The notes: generated by a model not told the origin, from the letters alone. A DNA stretch of 64,000 nucleotides from Verrucomicrobiota bacterium (GCA_003219465.1 QHOX01000162.1:4500-68499), one strand, 5' to 3'. Shown: positions 31,938 to 42,350, counted from the stretch's first letter. Numbers and translations: made by a program.

Positions 31938-33605
31938 ATGAAAAGAACCGCAAAGCTTTGGCCGTGGCTGGCTACGATCTGTAGCGGGCTTCTTTACGCG
32001 GCTTGCTTTGCGCCGTTCAACCTGACGTGGTTCTGCTGGATCGCGCTGACCCCGCTCATGGCAGCAATTTGGTTTTCCGGCACGGAGTCACGTCATCGAT
32101 GGCTTCGAAACCTGCTTCTCGGTTACGTCGCCGGCCTGACCTTCTTTTGGATCGTATTCTCCTGGCTCACGACGGTCACTGTTCTTGGTTGGTTTGTCCT
32201 TGAGTTTTACATGGCAATTTATTTCGCGATCTGGGCGTGGTTTTGCGGTCTGCTGGGGCCACGAGCGGGCAAGCGGCAATCACCTCTTGCGAGCAAATGG
32301 GACCAGATGCTCGCCCAAGCCCGAAGCACCGCGGCCCCCGCGCAATCGCCGTGGACAAAATCGACAAACAACCTGCGACTCGCTTTTATCCTCGCGGCGG
32401 CGTGGACCACGCTTGAATGGTTGCGCGGCTGGGTTTTCTCCGGCTTTGGCTGGAATGGCCTCGGTGTCGCGCTGCACGATAACTGGCCGTTGATTCAAAT
32501 TACAGAGCTCACCGGTGTCGCCGGGTTGTCGTTCATGATTGCGTTTGCCAACGTAATCGTTCTCACGACCGCATATCGCCTGATTGTAGAGGCGCGCACA
32601 CGCGTGATGCGACCGCATTTTGATTTCACCGTTACAATGGCGGCCATTGTGGGCGTTTTGGTTTTCGGACTCCGCGCGCCCCAGATCTCGCCGACCACAA
32701 AACCGCTCCGCGTTACCGCGGTGCAATCGAACGTTCCGCAAAATCAAAAGTTCGATCCGCAGTTCACCAGAAAAATTTTCGATCAATTCCGACGGTTGAG
32801 CGAATTCGCGCTGCGCTCAAATCCCCCACCCGATTTGTTGGTTTGGCCGGAAAGCTCGATGCCGGGGCCGGTTCTCGCAGACGAGGACAGCTACAAATTC
32901 GTGATGGATCTGGCCGCGTCGGCGGAGACGGACCTCCTGTTGGGAACTATCGACCAAGAAAACGGCGACGTTTACAACGCGGCGCTGCTTGTTTCGGATG
33001 GCGGCGAACGCGTCCAGATCTATCGAAAGGTCCACCTGGTGCCTTTTGGCGAATTTGTTCCCGTTCGGCATACAGTGCCGCTGCTTGCGCAGATTGTAGG
33101 CGATCAGGTACCTGGCGATTTTAAGGAAGGAAGAGAACACACCGTATTCACTCTGACGAACAGCGATGTCCATGTGGCGCCGTTGATTTGTTTCGAAGAC
33201 ACGATTGGTGAGCTCACCAGACAATTTGTCCTTCCAAACGAGACAACTCCCGGCGCAAACCTACTCGTCGATGTGACGAACGACGGGTGGTTTCAGCGGT
33301 CCGCGGGGTCCCATCAGCACCTGGCGAATGCAATCTTTCGCTGTGTAGAAACGCGTCGACCAATGATCCGAGCGGCGAATACCGGCGTGACCTGCTTCAT
33401 TAACCAATTTGGCCGCGTCACTCAGATGCTCCGGGATGAAACGGGCAGCACGTTTACCGAGGGCGTGCTTGCCGGCGAAATCAAAGTGCCCACCGAGCAA
33501 GAGCTGACGTTCTATGTCCGGCATGGCGAGCTATTCGCGAAGATGTGCTCGGCTGTAACTGCGATAGCGATGCTGGCAATCTTCGTCTTGCGCAGAAAGT
33601 TGTAG
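31938..33605 (+). CDS. lnt: apolipoprotein N-acyltransferase
   Basis: Multi-TM N-terminal half. C-N hydrolase half with LLVWPESS, YRKVHLVPFGEFVP, ICFEDT and VTNDGWF. ATG at 31938. Confidence 0.9.
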   Translation: MKRTAKLWPWLATICSGLLYAACFAPFNLTWFCWIALTPLMAAIWFSGTESRHRWLRNLLLGYVAGLTFFWIVFSWLTTVTVLGWFVLEFYMAIYFAIWAWFCGLLGPRAGKRQSPLASKWDQMLAQARSTAAPAQSPWTKSTNNLRLAFILAAAWTTLEWLRGWVFSGFGWNGLGVALHDNWPLIQITELTGVAGLSFMIAFANVIVLTTAYRLIVEARTRVMRPHFDFTVTMAAIVGVLVFGLRAPQISPTTKPLRVTAVQSNVPQNQKFDPQFTRKIFDQFRRLSEFALRSNPPPDLLVWPESSMPGPVLADEDSYKFVMDLAASAETDLLLGTIDQENGDVYNAALLVSDGGERVQIYRKVHLVPFGEFVPVRHTVPLLAQIVGDQVPGDFKEGREHTVFTLTNSDVHVAPLICFEDTIGELTRQFVLPNETTPGANLLVDVTNDGWFQRSAGSHQHLANAIFRCVETRRPMIRAANTGVTCFINQFGRVTQMLRDETGSTFTEGVLAGEIKVPTEQELTFYVRHGELFAKMCSAVTAIAMLAIFVLRRKL

Positions 33606-33606
33606 A

Positions 33607-33630
33607 GGCGCTTGTGCCAAGCGCTATTTT
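33607..33630 (+). terminator. intrinsic terminator after lnt
   Basis: GCGCTTG-tgc-CAAGCGC (33608..33624) followed by TATTTT. Starts 2 nt after the lnt stop. Confidence 0.55.
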
Positions 33631-33684
33631 CACGTTCGGCGTTTGACACAAACGTCGCTACAAGACTTCGCACGAAACATACGC

Positions 33685-34770
33685 ATGCCTGTGCTACTCC
33701 CACTCGATCACCTGAGCGAACTTTGGCCTAACAAGTTTCGCGGCGCGCGGATCGGTGCGCTGCTTCATCCGGCTTCGGTCTCCTCAAAACTTGAACACGC
33801 GTCACGAATCCTGGCGCGATACAGTGGCGATTTGTTTCGTCTCGCGGCCTTTTTTGGCCCGCAACACGGATTTCTTGGCCAGACGCAGGACAACATGGTG
33901 GAATGGAAAGGTTACGATCATCCGCGTTTGCACATCCCGGTTTACAGCCTTTACGGCGACCATCGCGAACCCACGGCGGAAATGCTGGAAGGCCTGGATG
34001 TTTTGCTGGTCGATCTTCAAGACATCGGATCGCGTTACTACACTTTTATTTGGACGCTCTACCTCTGCATGCGCGCGTGCGAGAGGTGCGACGTTTCAAT
34101 GCTTGTGCTCGATCGGCCAAATCCGATCAATGGCGTAACGACTGAAGGGCCGGTACTTGATCACAGCTACGAATCCTTTGTCGGCATGCATCCCATTCCA
34201 GTTCGGCATGGCCGCACAATTGGCGAACTGGCACAGCAATTCCGCGACGAAGCATTTCCCAAGTGTGAACTATCCGTCCTGCCGATGAAAAACTGGCAGC
34301 GCGCGATGTGGTTTGACCAAACCGGTCTGCCGTGGGTAATCCCATCACCCAATATGCCGACGCTCGGGACCGCCGCGGTTTACCCTGGAATGTGTCTGTG
34401 CGAAGGCACGAATATTTCCGAGGGACGCGGCACGACGCGACCATTCGAAATTTTTGGTGCACCATTTATCGATGCGGAGAAACTTTGCACCGACCTGAAC
34501 GGTCTAAAGCTGCCCGGCGTTTTCTTTCGCGAAAGCTATTTTCAGCCAACCTTCCAAAAATTTGCCGGTCAACCTTGCGCCGGCGCGCAAATTCATGTGA
34601 TCGATCGCGAACGTTTCCAGCCGTTTCGGGTCGGTGTAGAAATTATCAAACAAATCCGCAACACTTGCCCTGAGTTTAAATGGAAACAACCACCTTACGA
34701 ATACGAATGGAAGCGACTTCCTGTCGAAATTCTAATCGGTGGTCCTATCGAATCGGTTTTTGGCGACTGA
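33685..34770 (+). CDS. DUF1343 (NamZ-like exo-N-acetylmuramidase) family protein
   Basis: RIGALLHPASV, FGPQHGF, VLLVDLQDIGSRYYTFIWTL and LDRPNPING, as recalled for DUF1343. ATG at 33685 preferred over TTG at 33643. Confidence 0.8.
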   Translation: MPVLLPLDHLSELWPNKFRGARIGALLHPASVSSKLEHASRILARYSGDLFRLAAFFGPQHGFLGQTQDNMVEWKGYDHPRLHIPVYSLYGDHREPTAEMLEGLDVLLVDLQDIGSRYYTFIWTLYLCMRACERCDVSMLVLDRPNPINGVTTEGPVLDHSYESFVGMHPIPVRHGRTIGELAQQFRDEAFPKCELSVLPMKNWQRAMWFDQTGLPWVIPSPNMPTLGTAAVYPGMCLCEGTNISEGRGTTRPFEIFGAPFIDAEKLCTDLNGLKLPGVFFRESYFQPTFQKFAGQPCAGAQIHVIDRERFQPFRVGVEIIKQIRNTCPEFKWKQPPYEYEWKRLPVEILIGGPIESVFGD

Positions 34771-35423
34771 TCCTCACGTTCACGGGTTTTATTCTCATCC
34801 CGGAGACCAGTTCGCAGCTCTATGGGGATATCCCATGGGCGGAAGTGGTGCAGCGGCTTGCATATGAGAACGACAAACTGGCTCGGCGTCCGCAGGGACA
34901 TAACGGCGAATACTTTGTCGTGTGCACGCTCTATTACACACCAAAGGAATCGGGTTTTACTTTCGAGCGGGGCTTTGACGCGACGCTGGTTACAAAACCC
35001 GGCTTGCACGGCCGAAAATATCCGCGCGATTTTTTGCGCTCTGTAAAAAAGGAAGGCTTCGGCCGAATTACGACGCCTGTTAACGGACGATACTACATCC
35101 GCTACAACGGCAGCGATTCCTACGCGTTTACTTCAAATGCCACAGGTGGAGGCGGTGTTTTGGTGCCGCGCTATTCAGCGGCGATGAAGGGAGGGCACGG
35201 TGGCTTGCGCCGCGGAGCGGTTATAGAGACAACTTCCCCGGAGCTTCAGAAAATCTTCGGCAGCAACCGCTGGAAGATCATGGATACCGGCGGCGGCCTT
35301 CGGCGGTGGCAAATCGATTGTTATTTCGGCGAAGATGAACCGCTCGGGCCCGGCAAGCTCCAAGGTCGTCCGCGTGCGACGACTTTTGAGTATGCTTACG
35401 CCAACGTGCGAATCTTAAATTGA
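34680..35423 (+). CDS. 3D (MltA-like Asp-Asp-Asp) domain protein, membrane-anchored or secreted
   Basis: C-terminal IMDTGGGLRRWQIDCYFGEDE (3D signature). Hydrophobic WRLILTFTGFILI near the N-terminus. Start uncertain (ATG at 34680 or 34707). Either start overlaps the upstream gene by 64-91 nt. Confidence 0.6.
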   Translation: METTTLRIRMEATSCRNSNRWSYRIGFWRLILTFTGFILIPETSSQLYGDIPWAEVVQRLAYENDKLARRPQGHNGEYFVVCTLYYTPKESGFTFERGFDATLVTKPGLHGRKYPRDFLRSVKKEGFGRITTPVNGRYYIRYNGSDSYAFTSNATGGGGVLVPRYSAAMKGGHGGLRRGAVIETTSPELQKIFGSNRWKIMDTGGGLRRWQIDCYFGEDEPLGPGKLQGRPRATTFEYAYANVRILN

Positions 35424-35424
35424 C

Positions 35425-36171
35425 GTGAAGCCGTTCACCGTTCGGCTGAATTTTCAGGGCGATCTTGATTTTTTTCTCGGCTCAAAAGCGGCCGGCGGAA
35501 TTGTCGAGCGACGGCTCATCGAAAAAACGTCGATTAAAGACATCATCGAATCGTGCGGCGTCCCGCATCCGGAGGTCGATATGATCCGGGCGGATGGGCG
35601 GATCGTAGGTTTTGATCACACACTTTCGCAGGACGCAGATATAGAGGTTTTTCCGGTCGGAAATGGTGGCACCATTCCAACGGAAAAACATTTACAAGCC
35701 TCTCAAATAAGCGCGTTTGTTGTCGACGGACACTTGGGCAAGCTCGCTCGTAATCTCCGCCTGCTTGGCTTTGATGTTGCGTATGAACAAAAGGCGAGTG
35801 ACAGGCAGTTGCTCGACCTGATGATTCGCGAAACCCGGGCGCTCTTAACACGTGACCGGCGGCTGCTCATGCACGCCATCGTTCAACACGGATATTGCCC
35901 GCGCTCGCAAAACGCCGAAGAACAGACAATCGAGGTTATCCGCCATTTTAGACTTTTTGAATTGATCGCTCCGTTTACGCGCTGCCTTCGTTGCAACGTG
36001 CGATTGGAAGACGCAGCCAAGGCCGAGATAATCGAAAAACTCGAGCCGCTTACGAAAATCTATTACAACCAGTTCCGCCGCTGTCCTGGCTGCAAACAGA
36101 TCTACTGGGCCGGTTCGCATTTCGAAAAACTTCAGAAACGACTCGAAATGATTCGGGAACAATGTTTGTAG
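35425..36171 (+). CDS. Mut7-C RNase (PIN-like) protein with N-terminal beta-grasp/ubiquitin-like domain and C-terminal zinc ribbon
   Basis: N-terminus FTVRLNFQGDLDFFL..SIKDIIESCGVPHPEVD (Mut7-C ubiquitin-like). FVVDGHLGKLARNLRLLGFD and LLTRDRRLL (PIN-like). CLRCNVRL...CPGCKQIYWAGSH (Zn ribbon). Confidence 0.75.
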   Translation: MKPFTVRLNFQGDLDFFLGSKAAGGIVERRLIEKTSIKDIIESCGVPHPEVDMIRADGRIVGFDHTLSQDADIEVFPVGNGGTIPTEKHLQASQISAFVVDGHLGKLARNLRLLGFDVAYEQKASDRQLLDLMIRETRALLTRDRRLLMHAIVQHGYCPRSQNAEEQTIEVIRHFRLFELIAPFTRCLRCNVRLEDAAKAEIIEKLEPLTKIYYNQFRRCPGCKQIYWAGSHFEKLQKRLEMIREQCL

Positions 36172-36177
36172 TGAGTT

Positions 36178-37317
36178 GTGTCGCGAATCCTGAGAATCAA
36201 GTTTCCGCGTGGCCCAAGTTTGTTGCTGGGATTTTTATTTACCGTTCAGGTTGCGGCTACGGCACAAGCTTACGGCCCTTTGGGACACGAAATTGTCGGT
36301 GCTATTGCCGATGAACGACAGGCCGGGACACCGACGGCGGCAAAGATTGCATTGCTACTCGACGGCATCAGTCTGGAGAAAGCATCTCTCATGGCGGATG
36401 AGATTAAAGGCTGGGACCAAAATGGCGTGGACGATCCGAGATCCTTCCATTACTCCGCTCGCCGCAATATTGACAAACAGTTGCGTGATTTCTGGCGCGC
36501 GAACCAGCCAACGCACGATGCCAATTCGCCCGCGCCTTCGCACCACTGGTTTCACTACACTGATGTCCCAGTGATGCCGGCGCAACGATATCGTGACGGA
36601 TACGCCGGTCGTAGCAAATGGGACATCGTGCACATGATTCCGTTCTGCATCGATGTCTTGCAAGGGCGAGTCGCTGAACAGAACGAGCGGAAGATCACGA
36701 AGCCTGTTGCGCTCATTCTCCTCGCCCATTATGTCGCTGATATTCATCAGCCGTTGCACGTTGGTGCGGCCTACTTCGATGCAGAAGGCCGCGCCACCGA
36801 TCCCGACAAGGACAAATCAGCCTTGGCGGATGAAGGCGGAAACACCTTTACGCTGGAATTACGCGACGAACCGCCTCGCCGCCGAGGTATTCGCAAGAAG
36901 AAGTTCCACGGGTTTTGGGATTACGATGCAGTAAACGCGCTCTTCCCTCAGGTACTCGGGACTTTGCCGAAAAAGGAACTCGAAGTGCAAATCGACCCGC
37001 ACAAACAGCAACTGGTCCATGACATGGCGACGCATGAACCCCGCAATTGGAAAATGCCCCCGAATATCTCGATCAACGGTTGCGCCGAAATTTGGGCGGA
37101 CGAAATCCTGCCTATCGCGCGAGAGGCGCATGCACGTCTCGAATTTCGGAATGTAAAAGCGTTGCTGGACGGCGACCGAGTTGTTGCGACGGGCGAGGCA
37201 ATCGAAAAACCACCGCCAGATCAAACGCTGTATCGCACGTGGGCAACCGGCGTCGTGCGCGACGAGCTTCACAAAGCTGGATGGCGTCTTGCTGACTTGT
37301 TGGAGAAAATCCTTTAG
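36178..37317 (+). CDS. S1/P1 nuclease family protein (secreted)
   Basis: Signal peptide, then AYGPLGHEIVGAIA, WFHYTDVP, LAHYVADIHQPLHVGAAY, EGGNTF and FHGFWD (zinc ligand motifs). Confidence 0.8.
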   Translation: MSRILRIKFPRGPSLLLGFLFTVQVAATAQAYGPLGHEIVGAIADERQAGTPTAAKIALLLDGISLEKASLMADEIKGWDQNGVDDPRSFHYSARRNIDKQLRDFWRANQPTHDANSPAPSHHWFHYTDVPVMPAQRYRDGYAGRSKWDIVHMIPFCIDVLQGRVAEQNERKITKPVALILLAHYVADIHQPLHVGAAYFDAEGRATDPDKDKSALADEGGNTFTLELRDEPPRRRGIRKKKFHGFWDYDAVNALFPQVLGTLPKKELEVQIDPHKQQLVHDMATHEPRNWKMPPNISINGCAEIWADEILPIAREAHARLEFRNVKALLDGDRVVATGEAIEKPPPDQTLYRTWATGVVRDELHKAGWRLADLLEKIL

Positions 37318-37324
37318 CTAAGAA

Positions 37325-37774
37325 ATGCGAGCCGTAGTCCAACGTGTAAGCCACGCGCGTGTAACCGCGGATGGCAGCGTCACCGGAGAAATCATGACAG
37401 GCCTTTTGATCTTGCTCGGCGTGGGGCGCGACGACACGTCTGCCGTCGCCGCGGGCTTAGCCGAGAGAATTGCAAACCTCAGGATCTTTGAGGACGACCA
37501 GAGAAAAATGAACCGCTCGCTGCAGGACGTAAAAGGCAGCGCGCTGGTAGTCTCCCAGTTTACACTTTACGGTGACGCGCGGGGTCAACGCAGACCCAGC
37601 TTTGTTGCTGCTGCGCCGCCGGAACAGGCAAAGAAGCTCTACGAAGAGTTTGGTGAAGCGCTGCGCAGGTTGGAAATCACCGTGGCGACAGGAATGTTCG
37701 GCGCAATGATGTCGGTGGAATTGGTGAACGAAGGCCCGGTCACAATCCTCCTCGATTCTGACAAAGCATTCTAG
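37325..37774 (+). CDS. dtd: D-aminoacyl-tRNA deacylase
   Basis: [37 protein letters not shown] and [18 protein letters not shown]. Confidence 0.9.
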   Translation: MRAVVQRVSHARVTADGSVTGEIMTGLLILLGVGRDDTSAVAAGLAERIANLRIFEDDQRKMNRSLQDVKGSALVVSQFTLYGDARGQRRPSFVAAAPPEQAKKLYEEFGEALRRLEITVATGMFGAMMSVELVNEGPVTILLDSDKAF

Positions 37775-37946
37775 ACACCTCATCGCAACAAGTGGATCAA
37801 AAACAGCAGCTACGCGGTCGATTCCTGCCGACACTCTAACAGCCGCGACGGCGCGCAGTCTCACAGCGGCATTGCGCAAGGTAACAAGACTGTTACTACA
37901 TTGTGCTTGCGAAGAGGTCATTGGGGTCAAAACCTTCTACCACCAC

Positions 37947-37974
37947 CTCAAGCTACGATTCTCAAGCTACGATT
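37947..37974 (+). repeat. 14-nt perfect tandem duplication (CTCAAGCTACGATT x2)
   Basis: Read directly. About 60 nt upstream of the propeller-gene start. Confidence 0.85.
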
Positions 37975-38035
37975 CATTTGTCCTCATATGCCTACCGCGA
38001 TGGCATTGATGTTTGGCGAGATATTCAGAAAAGAT

Positions 38036-39674
38036 ATGGCGGCAGCGAACCGGATTAGAAGGGCACTTGCGCTGAGCCTTGGCGTCGCGAGTTTGTTCGT
38101 CTCAGCTGTCTCCACGACGGGTGCACCGCCCTCATGTCGACCGGCCTGGAGCGAATTGCCCACGCCTCCAGGATCAAATTCTTCCTACGGCACCGCTGCG
38201 ATTACTTCGACCGATGTCTGGGCAGTCGGGTCACATTACGACGGCATAACATTACGACGGTGGTCAGTGGGTCATTGTGCCTGTCCCGGCTCCCAGAACC
38301 GGCGCCGCCTATCTGCGCGGTGTCGCGGGATCGTCTGGAACTGACGTCTGGGCGGTCGGCTACCAAATCACTCGCTCGGGCGCGAACAAAACGGTGATCG
38401 AGCATTACGACGGCACCGCGTGGAAAATCGTACCGAGTCCGAACCCTGCGTCCTTGGCCGGCTATCTCTCAGCCGTCGCCGCCATCGCGATGACCGATGC
38501 CTGGACTGTTGGTCACTATCTCGACAACAGTGGTGTTTATCGGACGCTGGTGGAACACTGGGATGGGACGTCGTGGATGATTGTGTCGTCTCCCAACGCG
38601 GGTAATGGCGACAATGCCCTGAATGGGATCGCTGCTGCAAGCTCAAACGACATCTGGGCAGTCGGCTACCAATCGAGCGCCCCGGGAGCTGCAAGTTCGA
38701 CTCTGGTTCTACATTTCCACGGAACAAGTTGGACCATCGTTCCGAGCCCGAACCCCGGCGGCCTAACGAGTTCTCTGGCTGGAGTTGTCGCGATGGCGGA
38801 CGGACGGATCTGGGCTGCGGGCTTTTATTACGATGGAACGCAGGGACGTACCCTCCTGCTCCATGGTGACACCTCGGGCTTCGAGACAGTGCCCGGCGAA
38901 GACTTTCCCGGCGAGGGCAATTTACTGAACGGGATCGCTGCTTCTGGATCGGGTGACATTTTCGCTGCGGGCTATCACTATCCGAACGGCACCACCGACT
39001 ATCAGGGTCTGATCGAACACTACGATGGCACACAGTGGAGGCGCGTTTCGAGCGCGCAGGGGACTTCCTACACTTATCTTTCCGGAATTACAGCGCAGCC
39101 AGGCGGAGCGGCCTGGGCGGTTGGCAACACCCTGGCCGCAACGATCGCTGAATCGGTCTGCGAGATCCAAGTCACTGAAGCCGGCTTCATTCCAGAGGCG
39201 GCTTCCGGGGGTTTAGGCGAGACAGCTGGCTGGACCATCATCGGTAGCAGCTCGCACCGTCTGGTTGATGCTTCTGGAATGCAGTTATTCGATTCTGGAT
39301 CGCGGGCTTCCGGTTCGTCGTTTCAGTTCACATTCGATTCGGCTGGCACTTATCCAGTCATCGATCGCACGGCGCATGCGACCTCAACCGTTGCGGTTCC
39401 AGTCGACCTACCCGAAACGGGAACGACTGGCGTGCCGCTAACGGTCACCTGGAGCGCGGCATCACCATCCGAGGGGTTTCTATTTGACGTCCAGATCCAA
39501 ACGCCATCCAATCCAAGCTTTCGCAACTGGCGAGTCGGGCAAACCGATGTTTCCGCGACCTTCGTCCCGCCAGCAGAAGGCGCGTACGCGTTCAGGGCTC
39601 GTTTACGAGACTCAGCAACTGGGAAGTTCTCAAAATGGTCGCCGTCGGCTGTTGTGACCGTCGAGAACCCCTAG
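38036..39674 (+). pseudogene. secreted beta-propeller-like repeat protein with Ig/cupredoxin-like C-terminus, frameshifted by a 16-nt duplication
   Basis: ORF 37901..38344 supplies the signal peptide (MAAANRIRRALALSLGVASLFVSAV) and first blade (TDVWAVGSHYDG). ORF 38277..39674, in frame +1, continues with WVIVPVPAP..TDVWAVGY..EHYDGTAWKIVPSPNP repeats. Removing 16 nt restores ..AVGSHYDGGQWVIVPVPAP... Confidence 0.7.
38233..38260 (+). repeat. 16-nt-period tandem duplication ACATTACGACGG-cata-ACATTACGACGG that breaks the reading frame
   Basis: 12-nt direct repeat at 38233..38244 and 38249..38260, read directly. Confidence 0.85.
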
Positions 39675-39932
39675 GTGTCCCGCTAGACCATGGGATTGTT
39701 CTGATTAGAAACGACATATCGCGCGCCTTGTAGCGGCTCATCAGGCCGTCTAAATCAGCGTAATGATTTTATCGCGTGCCGCACCCACGGTTTACTGGCT
39801 ACTCCAAAGTCAGAGTTGGTAATGAAATTCCTCATATCGGTGCTGGAGGATTCGCCAAAATAAGAATCGCGCCGGGCGGTTCCAGCGGCGCGCTCATTGT
39901 CGAGATTTGTCAGATCAAGATCTACAGTGGGA

Positions 39933-40256
39933 TCAAGTCTCTGTTTTCTTGGCGTTCGCAGACCTCTTGCACTGTGCTTTGAGCTCGGCCAACTGCTCGT
40001 CGGAAAGAATTCCTTTTGCGTGGGTCAGGAATGTTTGACGGCTTTCCTTTGTGCAGCCTGCCTTCATGCATTCGGCCTGCCACGCTTCGATTTTGGTTTT
40101 CTGATCCGGCGTTAGATTCAGCGAGACTAAATTAACACAGGGCATAGAATGCGCATTCGCCGCGCCTGTGGCGCAGCATGCCTTGTCACCTGCAAGCGCG
40201 CTGGACGCAGTAAGCAGCGCAGCTGCAACTAAAACTGTAGTGATAATTTTATTCAT
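39933..40256 (-). CDS. small periplasmic protein, Spy/CpxP-like (LTxxQ motifs), Cys-rich
   Basis: Signal peptide MNKIITTVLVAAALLTASSALA. LNLTPDQKTKIE and ILSDEQLAELK resemble LTxxQ motifs. Six Cys residues. Weak assignment. Confidence 0.45.
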   Translation of the reverse strand: MNKIITTVLVAAALLTASSALAGDKACCATGAANAHSMPCVNLVSLNLTPDQKTKIEAWQAECMKAGCTKESRQTFLTHAKGILSDEQLAELKAQCKRSANAKKTET

Positions 40257-40339
40257 CGTGAATGCTGAGAAAGCCGCGATGCACGAACCGTTCAATTTGT
40301 TTTCGTCGATGGGCCCGCCTCAATACAAATCTGTCCAAC

Positions 40340-42238
40340 CTATTTTTGGGATCCTAGCTGCGCCTGCGCGCGGCGGAGATTGTCGGCTGCGCCTGTTAAC
40401 TCCGGCTTGAGACGCAGCGCCATTTCAAATTCGGGAATGCTTTCCTGCGGTTTCCCGGAAGCGAGCAAGGCCAGGCCAAGATTGGCGTGAGCCTCGGCGT
40501 TGTTGGGATTCCGCCGGAGCGCTTCGTGGAATTGCTCGATAGCCTCTGATATTCTGCCCACCAGCTCCAGCGCGAGTGCGAAGTCAGCCTGAATGTCTGC
40601 GTCTTTGGGCGCAAGCTGTGAGGCGCGGCGGATCTCCTCGAGCGCGGCTTGATCGCGGTTCTGCTTCCAGAGTGCGCGGCCCAATTGCACGTGCGCCGTC
40701 GGCGCGTCGGGGTGTGAACGAATTGCGGCTTGGAAATAGTCGATGGCTTCCGGCAACCGGCCTTGGAACTCACGAGTAACGCCCATGCCCACCAAGCCGT
40801 CGTAGAAATTGGGATCGATTTGCAATGTCTTCCCAAAATGCGCCGCTGCCTGATCGTATCTACCGCTACCGCCCAAGGCCAAGCCGAGATTGCGTTCTAT
40901 CTGAATATTGGGTGGAGTGACTGCGAGCGTGTGCTCAAACAAAGTGAAGCTATCACGCCAGCGCTGAACCTGCGCGTTCGTGAGAGTGGCAAGGATCAGT
41001 AGAACCCCACCAGCTATTCCTGCGCTGAGCGATGGCGCAACACGCCAGCGCTTGGCGATGTCCGCTAACCCGAACACCAACGCAATGAACAAACCGATCG
41101 ACGGAATATAGAAGTAACGATCCGCCATGGTTTGCCCGCCCACCTGAACGAGTCCTATAACGGGAACCAGTGTTCCGAGAAACCAAAGCCAGCCCACGAT
41201 GAGGTACGGCCGGATTCTTCGCTGGAAAAAACAAAGCGCCGTAATTGCAATCAGCAGAAACGCTGCGCCGATTGTCTGCCAGGCGGGTATGCCCGTCGGA
41301 GCAAGCGGATAATAGACCGCCAGATTATGCGGCCAGACCGTGAGCAGTAAGTATTTCGCATACGACACAAGCGCGTTTGAAAAGCGAAACGCAATAGGGG
41401 CAGCGGCAAATGTGCGCACAGCGCCCCCATGAGATTGTGCGATGAATGTGATAATCACGGACGCCGCTACGAGCGCAAACAGAGGTAATTTCTCGAGCAC
41501 AAGATTACGGAGTACTGCCAATTGATCTCTCGTGTTTAATCCCTGCAGTCTGCGCAACGGCCAATAGTCGAGTAGCAACATTACCAAAGGCCATGTCACC
41601 AGCATCGGCTTGGCGAGTAGTCCCAGTCCGAGCGTAATGGCGACCCATGCGTACCGACCAATCGAAGGCGCTTCCGTGTAACGCACGTAAGCGATCAGGG
41701 ACAGCAATCCCAAAAATGTGGAGAGGGTATCTTTGCGTTCAGACGCCCATGCTACCGATTCCACGTGGAGCGGATGCAGCGCAAAAAGCGCGGCGACCAG
41801 TGCACTCAACCACCGAGCGTGCGTTGTTCGCAACAGAAACCAGAAGACAAGTAACGTGTTTGCCAAATGAATCAGCGCATTGACGAGCAAATGGCGCCCT
41901 GCGTTCGTGCCAAAGAGCTGGCAATCGATCATGTGTGAAATCCAAGTGAGCGGATGCCAGTTTGTGGCGTGAAACGTGCTAAACGCCCAGGCGAGTCCTG
42001 CTAGCGTCACACCGCGATTCACCAATGGATTTTCCTGGATATATGTGGGGTCATCGAGAGTGATGAACTGATGTCCGATTACTTGCGCGTAAATCCCAAA
42101 CGTCATTACCGCGAGACCGAGCAGGATGACGAGATCGGGGCGCTTCAACCCTGTAGTTTGGCTAGGAGGGATGACACTTCGTCTGTTTGCCCCAGCAACC
42201 AGAGCAGTTTTTCTTTTTCGCGCTGTTCGTTTGGCCAT
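40340..42238 (-). CDS. TMTC-like multi-pass membrane protein with C-terminal TPR repeats (putative protein O-mannosyltransferase-like)
   Basis: NWHPLTWISHMIDCQLFG..GRHLLVNALIHLANTLLVFWFL (DUF1736-like), about 10 TM helices, then about 6 TPR repeats. Confidence 0.7.
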   Translation of the reverse strand: MAKRTARKRKTALVAGANRRSVIPPSQTTGLKRPDLVILLGLAVMTFGIYAQVIGHQFITLDDPTYIQENPLVNRGVTLAGLAWAFSTFHATNWHPLTWISHMIDCQLFGTNAGRHLLVNALIHLANTLLVFWFLLRTTHARWLSALVAALFALHPLHVESVAWASERKDTLSTFLGLLSLIAYVRYTEAPSIGRYAWVAITLGLGLLAKPMLVTWPLVMLLLDYWPLRRLQGLNTRDQLAVLRNLVLEKLPLFALVAASVIITFIAQSHGGAVRTFAAAPIAFRFSNALVSYAKYLLLTVWPHNLAVYYPLAPTGIPAWQTIGAAFLLIAITALCFFQRRIRPYLIVGWLWFLGTLVPVIGLVQVGGQTMADRYFYIPSIGLFIALVFGLADIAKRWRVAPSLSAGIAGGVLLILATLTNAQVQRWRDSFTLFEHTLAVTPPNIQIERNLGLALGGSGRYDQAAAHFGKTLQIDPNFYDGLVGMGVTREFQGRLPEAIDYFQAAIRSHPDAPTAHVQLGRALWKQNRDQAALEEIRRASQLAPKDADIQADFALALELVGRISEAIEQFHEALRRNPNNAEAHANLGLALLASGKPQESIPEFEMALRLKPELTGAADNLRRAQAQLGSQK

Positions 42239-42350
42239 CTGTTCCCGAGACTACGGAGGACGGACAACCGAAATATCTACGGCGTCGAAAGCATTCAAAC
42301 TGGGGGTCGCATAAGATTGCAGCCGGCATCGTAGCCTCTAGAGTGAGCCA

